From Eledone cirrhosa (taxonomy: Eukaryota), in assembly GCA_964016885.1 (NCBI GenBank), contig OZ024753.1, positions 18,476,001 through 18,540,000 of the forward strand: a stretch of 64,000 bases of DNA. The letters are read 5' to 3'. The notes beneath the pieces are model-generated. The model did no database searches and was not told where the DNA came from. It was given only the letters and a program-made list of their open reading frames with translations. Below are positions 26,901-41,200 of the stretch, in pieces. Within the stretch, counting starts at the first letter, position 1; every line of letters starts with the position of its first letter. A program made the position numbers and the translations under genes.

Positions 26901-29900
26901 AGACTACCAGCCTTTCTCCCTTCTTTCAACAGACTGTCAGCCTTTCTCGCTTCTTTCAACAGACTGTCAGCCATTCTCCATTTATTCAACAGAATGTCAG
27001 CCTTTCACCCTTCTTTCACCAGACTGTCAGCCATTCTCCCTGCTTTCAACAAACTGTCAGCCTTTCTCCCTTCTTTCAACAGACTATCAGCCTCTCTCCC
27101 TTCTTTCAGCAGACTCTCAGCCTTTCACCCTTCTTTCAAGAGACTGCCAACCTTTCTCCCTTCTTTCAACAGACTGTCAGCCTCTCTCCCATCATTCAAC
27201 AGACTGTCAGCCTTTCTCCCTTCTTTCAACAGACTGCCAGCCTTTCTCCCTTCATTCAACAGACTGTCAGCCTTTCTCCCTGCTTTCAACAGACTGTCAG
27301 CCTTTCTCCCTTCTTTCAACAGATTATCAGCCTTTCTCCCTGCTTTCAACAGACTGTCAGCCTTTCTCCCTTCTTTCAACAGACTGTCAGCCTCTCTCCC
27401 TTCTTTCAACAGACTGTCAGACTTTCTCCCTTCTTTCAACAGACTGCCAGCCTTTCTCCCTTCTTTCAACAGACTGTCATCCTTTTCCCTTCTTTCACCA
27501 GACTGTCAGCCTCTCTCCCTTCTTTCACCAGACTGTCAGCCTTTCTCACTTCTTTCAAAATACTGTCATCTTTTAACCCTTCTTTCAACAGACTGTCAGC
27601 TTCTCTGCCTTCTTTCACCAGACTGTCAGCCTCTCTCCCTTCTTTCAACAGACTGTCAGCCTTTCTCCCTTCTTTCACCAGACTGTCAGCCTTTCTCCCT
27701 TCTTTCAACAGACTGTCAGCCTTTCTCCCTTCTTTCAACAGACTTTCAGCCCTTTTCCATTCTTTCACCAGACTGTCAGCCTCTCTCCCTTCTTTCACCA
27801 GACTGTCAGCCTTTCTCCCTTCTTTCAACAGACTGTCAGACTTTCTCCCTTCTTTCAACAGACTGCCAGCCTTTCTCCCTTCTTTCAACAGACTGAAAGC
27901 CTCTCTCCCTTCTTTCAACAGACCGTCAGCCTCTCTCCTTCTTTCAACAGACTATCTGCCTTTCTCCCTTCTTTCACCAGACTGTCAGCCTTTCTCGCTT
28001 CTTTCAACAGACTGTCAGCCTCTCTCCCTTCTTTCAACAGACTGTTAGCCTCTCTCCCTTCTTTCAACAGACTGTCAGCCTCTCTCCCTTCTTTCACCAG
28101 ACTGTCAGCCTCTCTCTCTTATTTCAACAGACTGTCAGACTTTCTTCCTTCTTTCACCAGAGTGTCAGCCTCTCTCCCTTCTTTCAACAGACTGTCAGCC
28201 TTTCTCCCTTCTTTCACCAGACTGTCAGCCTTTGTCCCTTCTTTCAACAGACTGTCAGACTTTCTCCCTTCTTTCACCAGACTGTCAGCCTCTCTCCCTT
28301 CTTTCAACAGACTGTCAGCCTTTCTCCCTTCTTTCACCAGACTGTCAGCCTTTGTCCCTTCTTTCAACAAACTGTCAGCCTTTCTCCCTTCTTTCAACAG
28401 ACTGTCAGCCTCTCTCCCTTCTTTCAGCAGACTGTCAGCCTTTATCTGCCTTCTTTCAACAGACTGTCAGCCTTTCACCCTTCTTTCAAGAGACTGCCAA
28501 CCTTTCTCCCTTCTTTCAACAGACTGTCAGCCTTTCTCCCTGCTTTCAAGAGACTGTCAGCCTTTCTCGCTGCTTTCAACAGACTGTCAGACTTTCTCCC
28601 TGCTTTCAACAGACTGTCAGCCTTTCTCCCTTCTTTCAACAGACTGTCAGCCTTTCTCCCATCTTTCACCAGACTGTCAGTCTTTCTCCCTTCTTTCAAC
28701 AGAGTATCAGCTTCTCCCCCTTCTTTCACCAGACTGTCAGCCTCTCTCCCTTCTTTCACCAGACTGTCAGCCTTTCTCCCTTCTTTCAACAGACTGTCAG
28801 CCTTTCTCCCTTCTTTCACCAGACTGTCAGCCTCTCTCCCCTCTTTCACCAGACTGTCAGCCTCGCTCCCTTCTTTCAACAGACTGTCAGCCTTTCTCCC
28901 TTCTTTCAACATACTGTCATCCTTTCTCCCTTCTTTCACCAGACTGTCAGCCTTTCTCCCTTCTTTCAACAGACTGTCAGCCTTTCTCCCTTATTTCAAC
29001 AGACTTTCAGCCCTTTTCCATTCTTTCACCAGACTGTCAGCCTCTCTCCCTTCTTTCACCAGACTGTCAGCCTTTCTCCCTTCTTTCAACAGACTGTCAG
29101 ACTTTCTCACTTCTTTCAACAGACTGCCAGCCTTTCTCCCTTCTTTCAACAGACTGAAAGCCTCTCTCCCTTCTTTCAACAGACCGTCAGCCTCTCTCCT
29201 TCTTTCAACAGACTATCTGCCTTTCTCCCTTCTTTCACCAGACTGTCAGCCTTTCTCGCTTCTTTCACCAGACTGTCAGCCTCTCTCCCTTCTTTCACCA
29301 GACTGTCAGCCTCGCTCCCTTCTTTCAACAGACTGTCAGCCTTTCTCCCTTCTTTCAACAGACTGTCAGCCTTTCTCCCTTCTTTCACCAGACTGTCAGC
29401 CATTCTCCCTGCTTTCAACAGACTGTCAGCCTTTCTCCCTTCTTTCAAAAGACTGCCAGCCTTTCTCCTTTCATTCAACAGACTGTCAGCCTTTCTCCCT
29501 GCTTTCAACAGACTGTCAGCCTTTCTCCCTTCTTTCAACAGATTATCAGCCTTTCTCCCTGCTTTCAACAGACTGTCAGCCATTCTCCCTTCTTTCAACA
29601 GACTGTCAGCCTCTCTCCCTTCTTTCAACAGACTGTCAGACTTTCTCCCTTCTTTCAACAGACTGCCAGCCTTTCTCCCTTCTTTCAACAGACTGTCAGC
29701 CTTTCTCCCTTCTTTCAACATACTGTCATCCTTTCTCCCTTCTTTCACCAGACTGTCAGCCTCTCTCCCTTCTTTCACCAGACTGTCAGCCTTTCTCACT
29801 TCTTTCAAAATACTGTCATCTTTTATCCCTTCTTTCAACAGACTGTCAGCTTCTCTGCCTTCTTTCACCAGACTGTCAGCCTCTCTCCCTTCTTTCAACA

Positions 29901-32900
29901 GACTGTCAGCCTTTCTCCCTTCTTTCACCAGACTGTCAGCCTTTCTCCCTTCTTTCAACAGACTGTCAGCCTTTCTCCCTTCTTTCAACAGACTTTCAGC
30001 CCTTTTCCATTCTTTCACCAGACTGTCAGCCTCTCTCCCTTCTTTCACCAGACTGTCAGCCTTTCTCCCTTCTTTCAACAGACTCTCAGACTTTCTCCCT
30101 TCTTTCAACAGACTGCCAGCCTTTCTCCCTTCTTTCAACAGACTGAAAGCCTCTCTCCCTTCTTTCAACAGACCGTCAGCCTCTCTCCTTCTTTCAACAG
30201 ACTGTCAGCCTTTCTCGCTTCTTTCAACAGACTGTCAGCCTCTCTCCCTTCTTTCAACAGACTGTTAGCCTCTCTCCCTTCTTTCAACAGACTTTCAGCC
30301 TTTCTCCCTTCTTTCAACAGACTGTCAGCCTCTCTCCCTTCTTTCACCAGACTGTCAGCCTCTCTCTCTTATTTCAACAAACTGTCAGACTTTTTCCCTT
30401 CTTTCACCAGACTGTCAGCCTCTCTCCCTTATTTCAACAGACTGTCAGCCTTTCTCCCTTCTTTCAACAGACTGTCAGCCTTTCTCCCTTCTTTCACCAG
30501 ACTGTCAGCCTCTCTCCCTTCTTTCAACAGACTGTTAGCCTCTCTCCCTTCTTTCAACAGACTTTCAGCCTTTCTCCCTTCTTTCAACAGACTGTCAGCC
30601 TCTCTCCCTTCTTTCACCAGACTGTCAGCCTCTCTCTCTTATTTCAACAAACTGTCAGACTTTTTCCCTTCTTTCACCAGACTGTCAGCCTCTCTCCCTT
30701 ATTTCAACAGACTGTCAGCCTTTCTCCCTTCTTTCAACAGACTGTCAGCCTTTCTCCCTTCTTTCAAGAGACTGTCAGCCTTTCTCCCTCTTTCACCAGA
30801 CTATCAGCCTTTCTCCCTTCTTTCACCAGTCTCTCAGCCTCTCTGCATTCTTTCACCAGAATGTCAGCCTTTCTCCCTTCTTTCACGAGACTGTCAGCCT
30901 TTCTCCCTTCTTTCAACAGACTGTCAGCCTCTCTCCCTTCATTCAACAGACTGTAAGCCTTTCTCCCTTCTTTCAACAGACTGTCAGCCTTTCTCGCTTC
31001 TTTCAACAGACTGTCAGCCATTCTCCATTTATTCAACAGAATGTCAGCCTTTCACCCTTCTTTCACCAGACTGTCAGCCATTCTCCCTGCTTTCAACAAA
31101 CTGTCAGCCTTTCTCCCTTCTTTCAACAGACTGTCAGCCTCTCTCCCTTCTTTCACCAGACTGTCAGCCTTTCACCCTTCTTTCAAGAGACTGCCAACCT
31201 TTCTCCCTTCTTTCAACAGACTGTCAGCCTCTCTCCCATCATTCAACAGACTGTCAGCCTTTCTACCTTCTTTCAACAGACTGTCAGCCTTTCTCGCTTC
31301 TTTCAACAGACTGTCAGCCTTTCTCCCTTCTTTCAACAGACTGCCAGCCTTTCTCCCTTCATTCAACAGACTGTCAGCCTTTCTCCCTGCTTTCAACAGA
31401 CTGTCAGCCTTTCTCCCTTCTTTCAACAGATTATCAGCCTTTCTCCCTGCTTTCAACAGACTGTCAGCCTTTCTCCCTTCTTTCAACAGACTGTCAGCCT
31501 TTCTCCCTTCTTTCACCAGACTGTCAGCCTTTCTCCCTTCTTTCACCAGACTGTCAGCCTTTCTCACTTCTTTCAACAGACTGTCAGCTTCTCTCCCTTC
31601 TTTCACCAGACTGTCAGCCTCTCTACCTTCTTTCACCAGACTGTCAGCCTTTCTCCCTTATTTCAACAGACTGTCAGCCTTTCTCCCTTCTTTTAACAGA
31701 CTGTCAGCCTTTCTCCCTTCTTCCACCAGACTGTCAGCCTCTCTCCCTTATTTCAACAGACTGTCAGCCTTTCTCCCTTCTTTCAAGAGACTGTCAGCCT
31801 TTCTCCCTTCTTTCACGAGACTGTCAGCCTTTCTCCCTTCTTTCAACAGACTGTCAGCCTCTCTCCCTTCATTCAACAGACTGTCAGCCTTTCTCCCTTC
31901 TTTCAACAGACTGTCAGCCTCTCTCCCTTCATTCAACAGACTACCAGCCTTTCTCCCTTCTTTCAACTGACTGTCAGCCTTTCTCGCTTCTTTCAACAGA
32001 CTGTCAGCCATTCTCCATTTATTCAACAGAATGTCAGCCTTTCACCCTTCTTTCACCAGACTGTCAGCCATTCTCCCTGCTTTCAACAAACTGTCAGCCT
32101 TTCTCCCTTCTTTCAACAGACTATCAGCCTCTCTCCCTTCTTTCAGCAGACTCTCAGCCTTTCACCCTTCTTTCAAGAGACTGCCAACCTTTCTCCCTTC
32201 TTTCAACAGACTGTCAGCCTCTCTCCCATCATTCAACAGACTGTCAGCCTTTCTCCCTTCTTTCAACAGACTGCCAGCCTTTCTCCCTTCATTCAACAGA
32301 CTGTCAGCCTTTCTCCCTGCTTTCAACAGACTGTCAGCCTTTCTCCCTTCTTTCAACAGATTATCAGCCTTTCTCCCTGCTTTCAACAGACTGTCAGCCT
32401 TTCTCCCTTCTTTCAACAGACTGTCAGCCTCTCTCCCTTCTTTCAACAGACTGTCAGACTTTCTCCCTTCTTTCAACAGACTGCCAGCCTTTCTCCCTTC
32501 TTTCAACAGACTGTCATCCTTTTCCCTTCTTTCACCAGACTGTCAGCCTCTCTCCCTTCTTTCACCAGACTGTCAGCCTTTCTCACTTCTTTCAAAATAC
32601 TGTCATCTTTTAACCCTTCTTTCAACAGACTGTCAGCTTCTCTGCCTTCTTTCACCAGACTGTCAGCCTCTCTCCCTTCTTTCAACAGACTGTCAGCCTT
32701 TCTCCCTTCTTTCACCAGACTGTCAGCCTTTCTCCCTTCTTTCAACAGACTGTCAGCCTTTCTCCCTTCTTTCAACAGACTTTCAGCCCTTTTCCATTCT
32801 TTCACCAGACTGTCAGCCTCTCTCCCTTCTTTCACCAGACTGTCAGCCTTTCTCCCTTCTTTCAACAGACTGTCAGACTTTCTCCCTTCTTTCAACAGAC

Positions 32901-35900
32901 TGCCAGCCTTTCTCCCTTCTTTCAACAGACTGAAAGCCTCTCTCACTTCTTTCAACAGACCGTCAGCCTCTCTCCTTCTTTCAACAGACTATCTGCCTTT
33001 CTCCCTTCTTTCACCAGACTGTCAGCCTTTCTCGCTTCTTTCAACAGACTGTCAGCCTCTCTCCCTTCTTTCAACAGACTGTTAGCCTCTCTCCCTTCTT
33101 TCAACAGACTGTCAGCCTCTCTCCCTTCTTTCACCAGACTGTCAGCCTCTCTCTCTTATTTCAACAGACTGTCAGACTTTCTTCCTTCTTTCACCAGAGT
33201 GTCAGCCTCTCTCCCTTCTTTCAACAGACTGTCAGCCTTTCTCCCTTCTTTCACCAGACTGTCAGCCTTTGTCCCTTCTTTCAACAGACTGTCAGACTTT
33301 CTCCCTTCTTTCACCAGACTGTCAGCCTCTCTCCCTTCTTTCAACAGACTGTCAGCCTTTCTCCCTTCTTTCACCAGACTGTCAGCCTTTGTCCCTTCTT
33401 TCAACAAACTGTCAGCCTTTCTCCCTTCTTTCAACAGACTGTCAGCCTCTCTCCCTTCTTTCAGCAGACTGTCAGCCTTTATCTGCCTTCTTTCAACAGA
33501 CTGTCAGCCTTTCACCCTTCTTTCAAGAGACTGCCAACCTTTCTCCCTTCTTTCAACAGACTGTCAGCCTTTCTCCCTGCTTTCAAGAGACTGTCAGCCT
33601 TTCTCGCTGCTTTCAACAGACTGTCAGACTTTCTCCCTGCTTTCAACAGACTGTCAGCCTTTCTCCCTTCTTTCAACAGACTGTCAGCCTTTCTCCCATC
33701 TTTCACCAGACTGTCAGTCTTTCTCCCTTCTTTCAACAGAGTATCAGCTTCTCCCCCTTCTTTCACCAGACTGTCAGCCTCTCTCCCTTCTTTCACCAGA
33801 CTGTCAGCCTTTCTCCCTTCTTTCAACAGACTGTCAGCCTTTCTCCCTTCTTTCACCAGACTGTCAGCCTCTCTCCCCTCTTTCACCAGACTGTCAGCCT
33901 CGCTCCCTTCTTTCAACAGACTGTCAGCCTTTCTCCCTTCTTTCAACATACTGTCATCCTTTCTCCCTTCTTTCACCAGACTGTCAGCCTTTCTCCCTTC
34001 TTTCAACAGACTGTCAGCCTTTCTCCCTTATTTCAACAGACTTTCAGCCCTTTTCCATTCTTTCACCAGACTGTCAGCCTCTCTCCCTTCTTTCACCAGA
34101 CTGTCAGCCTTTCTCCCTTCTTTCAACAGACTGTCAGACTTTCTCACTTCTTTCAACAGACTGCCAGCCTTTCTCCCTTCTTTCAACAGACTGAAAGCCT
34201 CTCTCCCTTCTTTCAACAGACCGTCAGCCTCTCTCCTTCTTTCAACAGACTATCTGCCTTTCTCCCTTCTTTCACCAGACTGTCAGCCTTTCTCGCTTCT
34301 TTCACCAGACTGTCAGCCTCTCTCCCTTCTTTCACCAGACTGTCAGCCTCGCTCCCTTCTTTCAACAGACTGTCAGCCTTTCTCCCTTCTTTCAACAGAC
34401 TGTCAGCCTTTCTCCCTTCTTTCACCAGACTGTCAGCCATTCTCCCTGCTTTCAACAGACTGTCAGCCTTTCTCCCTTCTTTCAAAAGACTGCCAGCCTT
34501 TCTCCTTTCATTCAACAGACTGTCAGCCTTTCTCCCTGCTTTCAACAGACTGTCAGCCTTTCTCCCTTCTTTCAACAGATTATCAGCCTTTCTCCCTGCT
34601 TTCAACAGACTGTCAGCCATTCTCCCTTCTTTCAACAGACTGTCAGCCTCTCTCCCTTCTTTCAACAGACTGTCAGACTTTCTCCCTTCTTTCAACAGAC
34701 TGCCAGCCTTTCTCCCTTCTTTCAACAGACTGTCAGCCTTTCTCCCTTCTTTCAACATACTGTCATCCTTTCTCCCTTCTTTCACCAGACTGTCAGCCTC
34801 TCTCCCTTCTTTCACCAGACTGTCAGCCTTTCTCACTTCTTTCAAAATACTGTCATCTTTTATCCCTTCTTTCAACAGACTGTCAGCTTCTCTGCCTTCT
34901 TTCACCAGACTGTCAGCCTCTCTCCCTTCTTTCAACAGACTGTCAGCCTTTCTCCCTTCTTTCACCAGACTGTCAGCCTTTCTCCCTTCTTTCAACAGAC
35001 TGTCAGCCTTTCTCCCTTCTTTCAACAGACTTTCAGCCCTTTTCCATTCTTTCACCAGACTGTCAGCCTCTCTCCCTTCTTTCACCAGACTGTCAGCCTT
35101 TCTCCCTTCTTTCAACAGACTGTCAGACTTTCTCCCTTCTTTCAACAGACTGCCAGCCTTTCTCCCTTCTTTCAACAGACTGAAAGCCTCTCTCCCTTCT
35201 TTCAACAGACCGTCAGCCTCTCTCCTTCTTTCAACAGACTGTCAGCCTTTCTCGCTTCTTTCAACAGACTGTCAGCCTCTCTCCCTTCTTTCAACAGACT
35301 GTTAGCCTCTCTCCCTTCTTTCAACAGACTTTCAGCCTTTCTCCCTTCTTTCAACAGACTGTCAGCCTCTCTCCCTTCTTTCACCAGACTGTCAGCCTCT
35401 CTCTCTTATTTCAACAAACTGTCAGACTTTTTCCCTTCTTTCACCAGACTGTCAGCCTCTCTCCCTTATTTCAACAGACTGTCAGCCTTTCTCCCTTCTT
35501 TCAACAGACTGTCAGCCTTTCTCCCTTCTTTCACCAGACTGTCAGCCTCTCTCCCTTCTTTCAACAGACTGTTAGCCTCTCTCCCTTCTTTCAACAGACT
35601 TTCAGCCTTTCTCCCTTCTTTCAACAGACTGTCAGCCTCTCTCCCTTCTTTCACCAGACTGTCAGCCTCTCTCTCTTATTTCAACAAACTGTCAGACTTT
35701 TTCCCTTCTTTCACCAGACTGTCAGCCTCTCTCCCTTATTTCAACAGACTGTCAGCCTTTCTCCCTTCTTTCAACAGACTGTCAGCCTTTCTCCCTTCGT
35801 TCAAGAGACTGTCAGCCTTTCTCCCTCTTTCACCAGACTATCAGCCTTTCTCCCTTCTTTCACCAGTCTCTCAGCCTCTCTGCATTCTTTCACCAGAATG

Positions 35901-36696
35901 TCAGCCTTTCTCCCTTCTTTCACGAGACTGTCAGCCTTTCTCCCTTCTTTCAACAGACTGTCAGCCTCTCTCCCTTCATTCAACAGACTGTAAGCCTTTC
36001 TCCCTTCTTTCAACAGACTGTCAGCCTTTCTCGCTTCTTTCAACAGACTGTCAGCCATTCTCCATTTATTCAACAGAATGTCAGCCTTTCACCCTTCTTT
36101 CACCAGACTGTCAGCCATTCTCCCTGCTTTCAACAAACTGTCAGCCTTTCTCCCTTCTTTCAACAGACTGTCAGCCTCTCTCCCTTCTTTCACCAGACTG
36201 TCAGCCTTTCACCCTTCTTTCAAGAGACTGCCAACCTTTCTCCCTTCTTTCAACAGACTGTCAGCCTCTCTCCCATCATTCAACAGACTGTCAGCCTTTC
36301 TACCTTCTTTCAACAGACTGTCAGCCTTTCTCGCTTCTTTCAACAGACTGTCAGCCTTTCTCCCTTCTTTCAACAGACTGCCAGCCTTTCTCCCTTCATT
36401 CAACAGACTGTCAGCCTTTCTCCCTGCTTTCAACAGACTGTCAGCCTTTCTCCCTTCTTTCAACAGATTATCAGCCTTTCTCCCTGCTTTCAACAGACTG
36501 TCAGCCTTTCTCCCTTCTTTCAACAGACTGTCAGCCTTTCTCCCTTCTTTCACCAGACTGTCAGCCTTTCTCCCTTCTTTCACCAGACTGTCAGCCTTTC
36601 TCACTTCTTTCAACAGACTGTCAGCTTCTCTCCCTTCTTTCACCAGACTGTCAGCCTCTCTACCTTCTTTCACCAGACTGTCAGCCTTTCTCCCTT
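16682..36696. repeat. Higher-order repeat, 5,037-bp unit (168 monomers, net -3 bp), about 4 near-identical tandem copies
   Basis: Tracks recur at a constant 5,037 offset: 18088/23125/28162/33199, 19102/24139/29176/34213 and 20967/26004/31041/36078. Each unit has five 29-bp monomers and one 32-bp monomer, giving 168x30-3. Confidence 0.96.
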
Positions 36697-38229
36697 CTTT
36701 CAACAGACTGTCAGCCTCTCTCCCTTCTTTCAACAGACTGTCAGACTTTCTCCCTTCTTTCAACAGACTGCCAGCCTTTCTCCCTTCTTTCAACAGACTG
36801 TCAGCCTTTCTCCCTTCTTTCAACAGACTGTCACCCTTTCTCCCTTCTTTCACCAGACTGTCAGCCTCTCTCCCTTCTTTCACCAGACTGTCAGCCTTTC
36901 TCCCTTCTTTCACCAGACTGTCAGCCTTTCTCACTTCTTTCAAAATACTGTCATCTTTTATCCCTTCTTTCAACAGACTGTCAGCTTCTCTGCCTTCTTT
37001 CACCAGACTGTCAGGCTCTCTCCCTTCTTTCAACAGACTGTCAGCCTTTCTCCCTTCTTTCACCAGACTGTCAGACTTTCTCCCTTCTTTCAACAGACTG
37101 CCAGCCTTTCTCCCTTCTTTCAACAGACTGAAAGCCTCTCTCCCTTCTTTCAACAGACCGTCAGCCTCTCTCCTTCTTTCAACAGACTATCTGCCTTTCT
37201 CCCTTCTTTCACCAGACTGTCAGCCTTTCTCGCTTCTTTCACCAGACTGTCAGCCTCTCTCCCTTCTTTCACCAGACTGTCAGCCTCGCTCCCTTCTTTC
37301 AACAGACTGTCAGCCTTTCTCCCTTCTTTCAACATACTGTCATCCTTTCTCCCTTCTTTCACCAGACTGTCAGCCTCTCTCCCTTCTTTCACCAGACTGT
37401 CAGCCTCGCTCCCTTCTTTCAACAGACTGTCAGCCTTTCTCCCTTCTTTCAACATACTGTCATCCTTTCTCCCTTCTTTCACCAGACTGTCAGCCTTTCT
37501 CCCTTCTTTCAACAGACTGTCAGCCTTTCTCCCTTATTTCAACAGACTTTCAGCCCTTTTCCATTCTTTCACCAGACTGTCAGCCTCTCTCCCTTCTTTC
37601 ACCAGACTGTCAGCCTTTCTCCCTTCTTTCAACAGACTGTCAGACTTTCTCCCTTCTTTCAACAGACTGCCAGCCTTTCTCCCTTCTTTCAACAGACTGA
37701 AAGCCTCTCTCCCTTCTTTCAACAGACCGTCAGCCTCTCTCCTTCTTTCAACAGACTATCTGCCTTTCTCCCTTCTTTCACCAGACTGTCAGCCTTTCTC
37801 GCTTCTTTCACCAGACTGTCAGCCTCTCTCCCTTCTTTCACCAGACTGTCAGCCTCGCTCCCTTCTTTCACCAGACTGTCAGCCATTCTCCCTGCTTTCA
37901 ACAGACTGTCAGCCTTTCTCCCTTCTTTCAAAAGACTGCCAGCCTTTCTCCTTTCATTCAACAGACTGTCAGCCTTTCTCCCTGCTTTCAACAGACTGTC
38001 AGCCTTTCTCCCTTCTTTCAACAGATTATCAGCCTTTCTCCCTGCTTTCAACAGACTGTCAGCCATTCTCCCTTCTTTCAACAGACTGTCAGCCTCTCTC
38101 CCTTCTTTCAACAGACTGTCAGACTTTCTCCCTTCTTTCAACAGACTGCCAGCCTTTCTCCCTTCTTTCAACAGACTGTCAGCCTTTCTCCCTTCTTTCA
38201 ACATACTGTCATCCTTTCTCCCTTCTTTC

Positions 38230-41200
38230 AACAGACTGTCAGCCTCTCTCCCTTCTTTCAGCAGACTGTCAGCCTTTATCTGCCTTCTTTCAACAGACTG
38301 TCAGCCTTTCTCGCTGCTTTCAACAGACTGTCAGACTTTCTCCCTGCTTTCAACAGACTGTCAGCCTTTCTTCCTTCTTTCATCAGACTGTCAGCCTTTC
38401 TCCCTTCTTTCACCAGACTGTCAGCCTTTCTCCCTTCTTTCAACAGAGTATCAGCTTCTCCCCCTTCTTTCACCAGACTGTCAGCCTCTCTCCCTTCTTT
38501 CACCAGACTGTCAGCCTTTCTCCCTTCTTTCAACATACTGTCAGCCTTTCTCCCTTATTTCACCAGACTGTCAGCCTCTCTCCCTTCTTTCACCAGACTG
38601 TCAGCCTCGCTCCCTTCTTTCAACAGACTGTCAGCCTTTCTCCCTTCTTTCACCAGACTGTCAGCCATTCTCCCTGCTTTCAACAGACTGTCAGCCTTTC
38701 TCCCTTCTTTCAACAGACTGCCAGCCTTTCTCCCTTCATTCAACAGACTGTCAGCCTTTCTCCCTGCTTTCAACAGACTGTCAGCCTTTCTCCCTTCTTT
38801 CAACAGATTATCAGCCTTTCTCCCTGCTTTCAACAGACTGTCAGCCTTTCTCCCTTCTTTAAACAGACTGTCAGCCTCTCTCCCATCTTTCAACAGACTG
38901 TCAGACTTTCTCCCTTCTTTCAACAGACTGCCAGCCTTTCTCCCTTCTTTCAACAGACTGTCAGCCTTTCTCCCTTCTTTCAACAGACTGTCATCCTTTC
39001 TCCCTTCTTTCACCAGACTGTCAGCCTCTCTCCCTTCTTTCACCAGACTGTCAGCCTTTCTCACTTCTTTCAAAATACTGTCATCTTTTATCCCTTCTTT
39101 CAACAGACTGTCAGCTTCTCTGCCTTCTTTCACCAGACTGTCAGCCTCTCTCCCTTCTTTCAACAGACTGTCAGACTTTCTCCCTTCTTTCACCAGACTG
39201 TCAGCCTTTCTCCCTTCTTTCAACAGACTGTCAGCCTTTCTCCCTTCTTTCAACAGACTTTCAGCCCTTTTACATTCTTTCACCAGACTGTCAGCCTCTC
39301 TCCCTTCTTTCACCAGACTGTCAGCCTTTCTCCCTTCTTTCAACAGACTGTCAGACTTTCTCCCTTCTTTCAACAGACTGCCAGCCTTTCTCCCTTCTTT
39401 CAACAGACTGAAAGCCTCTCTCCCTTCTTTCAACAGACCGTCAGCCTCTCTCCTTCTTTCAACAGACTATCTGCCTTTCTCCCTTCTTTCACCAGACTGT
39501 CAGCCTTTCTCGCTTCTTTCAACAGTCTGTCAGCCTCTCTCCCTTCTTTCAACAGACTGTTAGCCTCTCTCCCTTCTTTCAACAGACTTTCAGCCTTTCT
39601 CCCTTCTTTCAACAGACTGTCAGCCTCTCTCCCTTCTTTCACCAGACTGTCAGCCTCTCTCTCTTATTTCAACAGACTGTCAGACTTTCTTCCTTCTTTC
39701 ACCAGACTGTCAGCCTTTCTCCCTTCTTTCACCAGACTGTCAGCCTTTGTCCCTTCTTTCAACAGACTGTCAGATTTTCTCCCTTCTTTCACCAGGCTGT
39801 CAGCCTCTCTCCCTTCTTTCAACAGACTGTCAGCCTTTCGCCCTTCTTTCACCAGACTGTCAGCCTTTGTCCCTTCTTTCAACAGACTGTCAGCCTTTCT
39901 CCCATCTTTCACCAGACTGTCAGTCTTTCTCCCTTCTTTCAACAGACTGTCAGCCTTTCTCCCATCTTTCACCAGACTGTCAGCCTTTCTCCCTTCTTTC
40001 ACCAGACTGTCAGCCTTTCTCCCTTCTTTCAACAGACTGTCAGCCTTTCTCCCTTCTTTCACCAGACTGTCAGCCTCTCTCCCTTCTTTCACCAGACTGT
40101 CAGCCTGTCTCCCTTCTTTCAACAGACTGTCAGCCTTTCTCCCTTCTTTCACCAGACTGTCAGCCTCTCTCCCTTCTTTCACCAGACTGTCAGCCTCGCT
40201 CCCTTATTTCAACAGACTGTCAGCCTTTCTCCCTTCTTTCAACAGACTGTCAGCCTTTCTCCCTTCTTTCAACAGACTGTCAGCCTTTCTCCCTTCTTTC
40301 AACAGACTTTCAGTCCTTTTACATTCTTTCACCAGACTGTCAGCCTCTCTCCCTTCTTTCACCAGACTGTCAGCCTCTCTCCCTTCTTTCACCAGACTGT
40401 CAGCCTTTCTCCCGTCTTTCAACAGACTGTCAGCCTTTCTCCCTTCTTTCACCAGACTGTCAGCCTCTCTCCCTTCTTTCACCAGACTGTCAGCCTCGCT
40501 CCCTTCTTTCAACAGACTGTCAGCCTTTCTCCCTTCTTTCAACAGACTGTCAGCCTTTCTCCCTTCTTTCACCAGACTGTCAGCCATTCTCCCTGCTTTC
40601 AACAGACTGTCAGCCTTTCTCCCTTCTTTCAACAGACTCTCAACCTTTCCCCCTTCTTTCAACAGACTGTCAGCCTTTCTCCCTTCTTTCAACAGACTGT
40701 CAGCCATTCTCCCTGCTTTCAACAGACTGTAAGCCTTTCTCCCTTCTTTCAACAGACTGTCAGCCTCTCTCCCTTCTTTCACCAGACTGTCAGCCTCTCT
40801 CTCTTATTTCAACAAACTGTCAGACTTTTTCCCTTCTTTCACCAGACTGTCAGCCTCTCTCCCTTATTTCAACAGACTGTCAGCCTTTCTCCCTTCTTTC
40901 AACAGACTGTCAGCCTTTCTCCCTTCTTTCAACAGACTGTCAGCCTCTCTCCCTTCTTTCAACAGACTTTCAGCCTTTCTCCCTTCTTTCAACAGACTGT
41001 CAGCCTCTCTCCCTTCATTCAACAGCCTGTCAGCCTCTCTCCCTTTATTCAACAGAATGTCAGCCTTTCACCCTTCTTTCACCAGACTGTCAGCATTCTC
41101 CCTGTTTCAACAAACTGTCAGCCTTTCTCCCTTCTTTCAACAGACTATCAGCCTCTCTCCCTTCTTTCAGCAGACTGTCAGCCTTTCACCCTTCTTTCAA

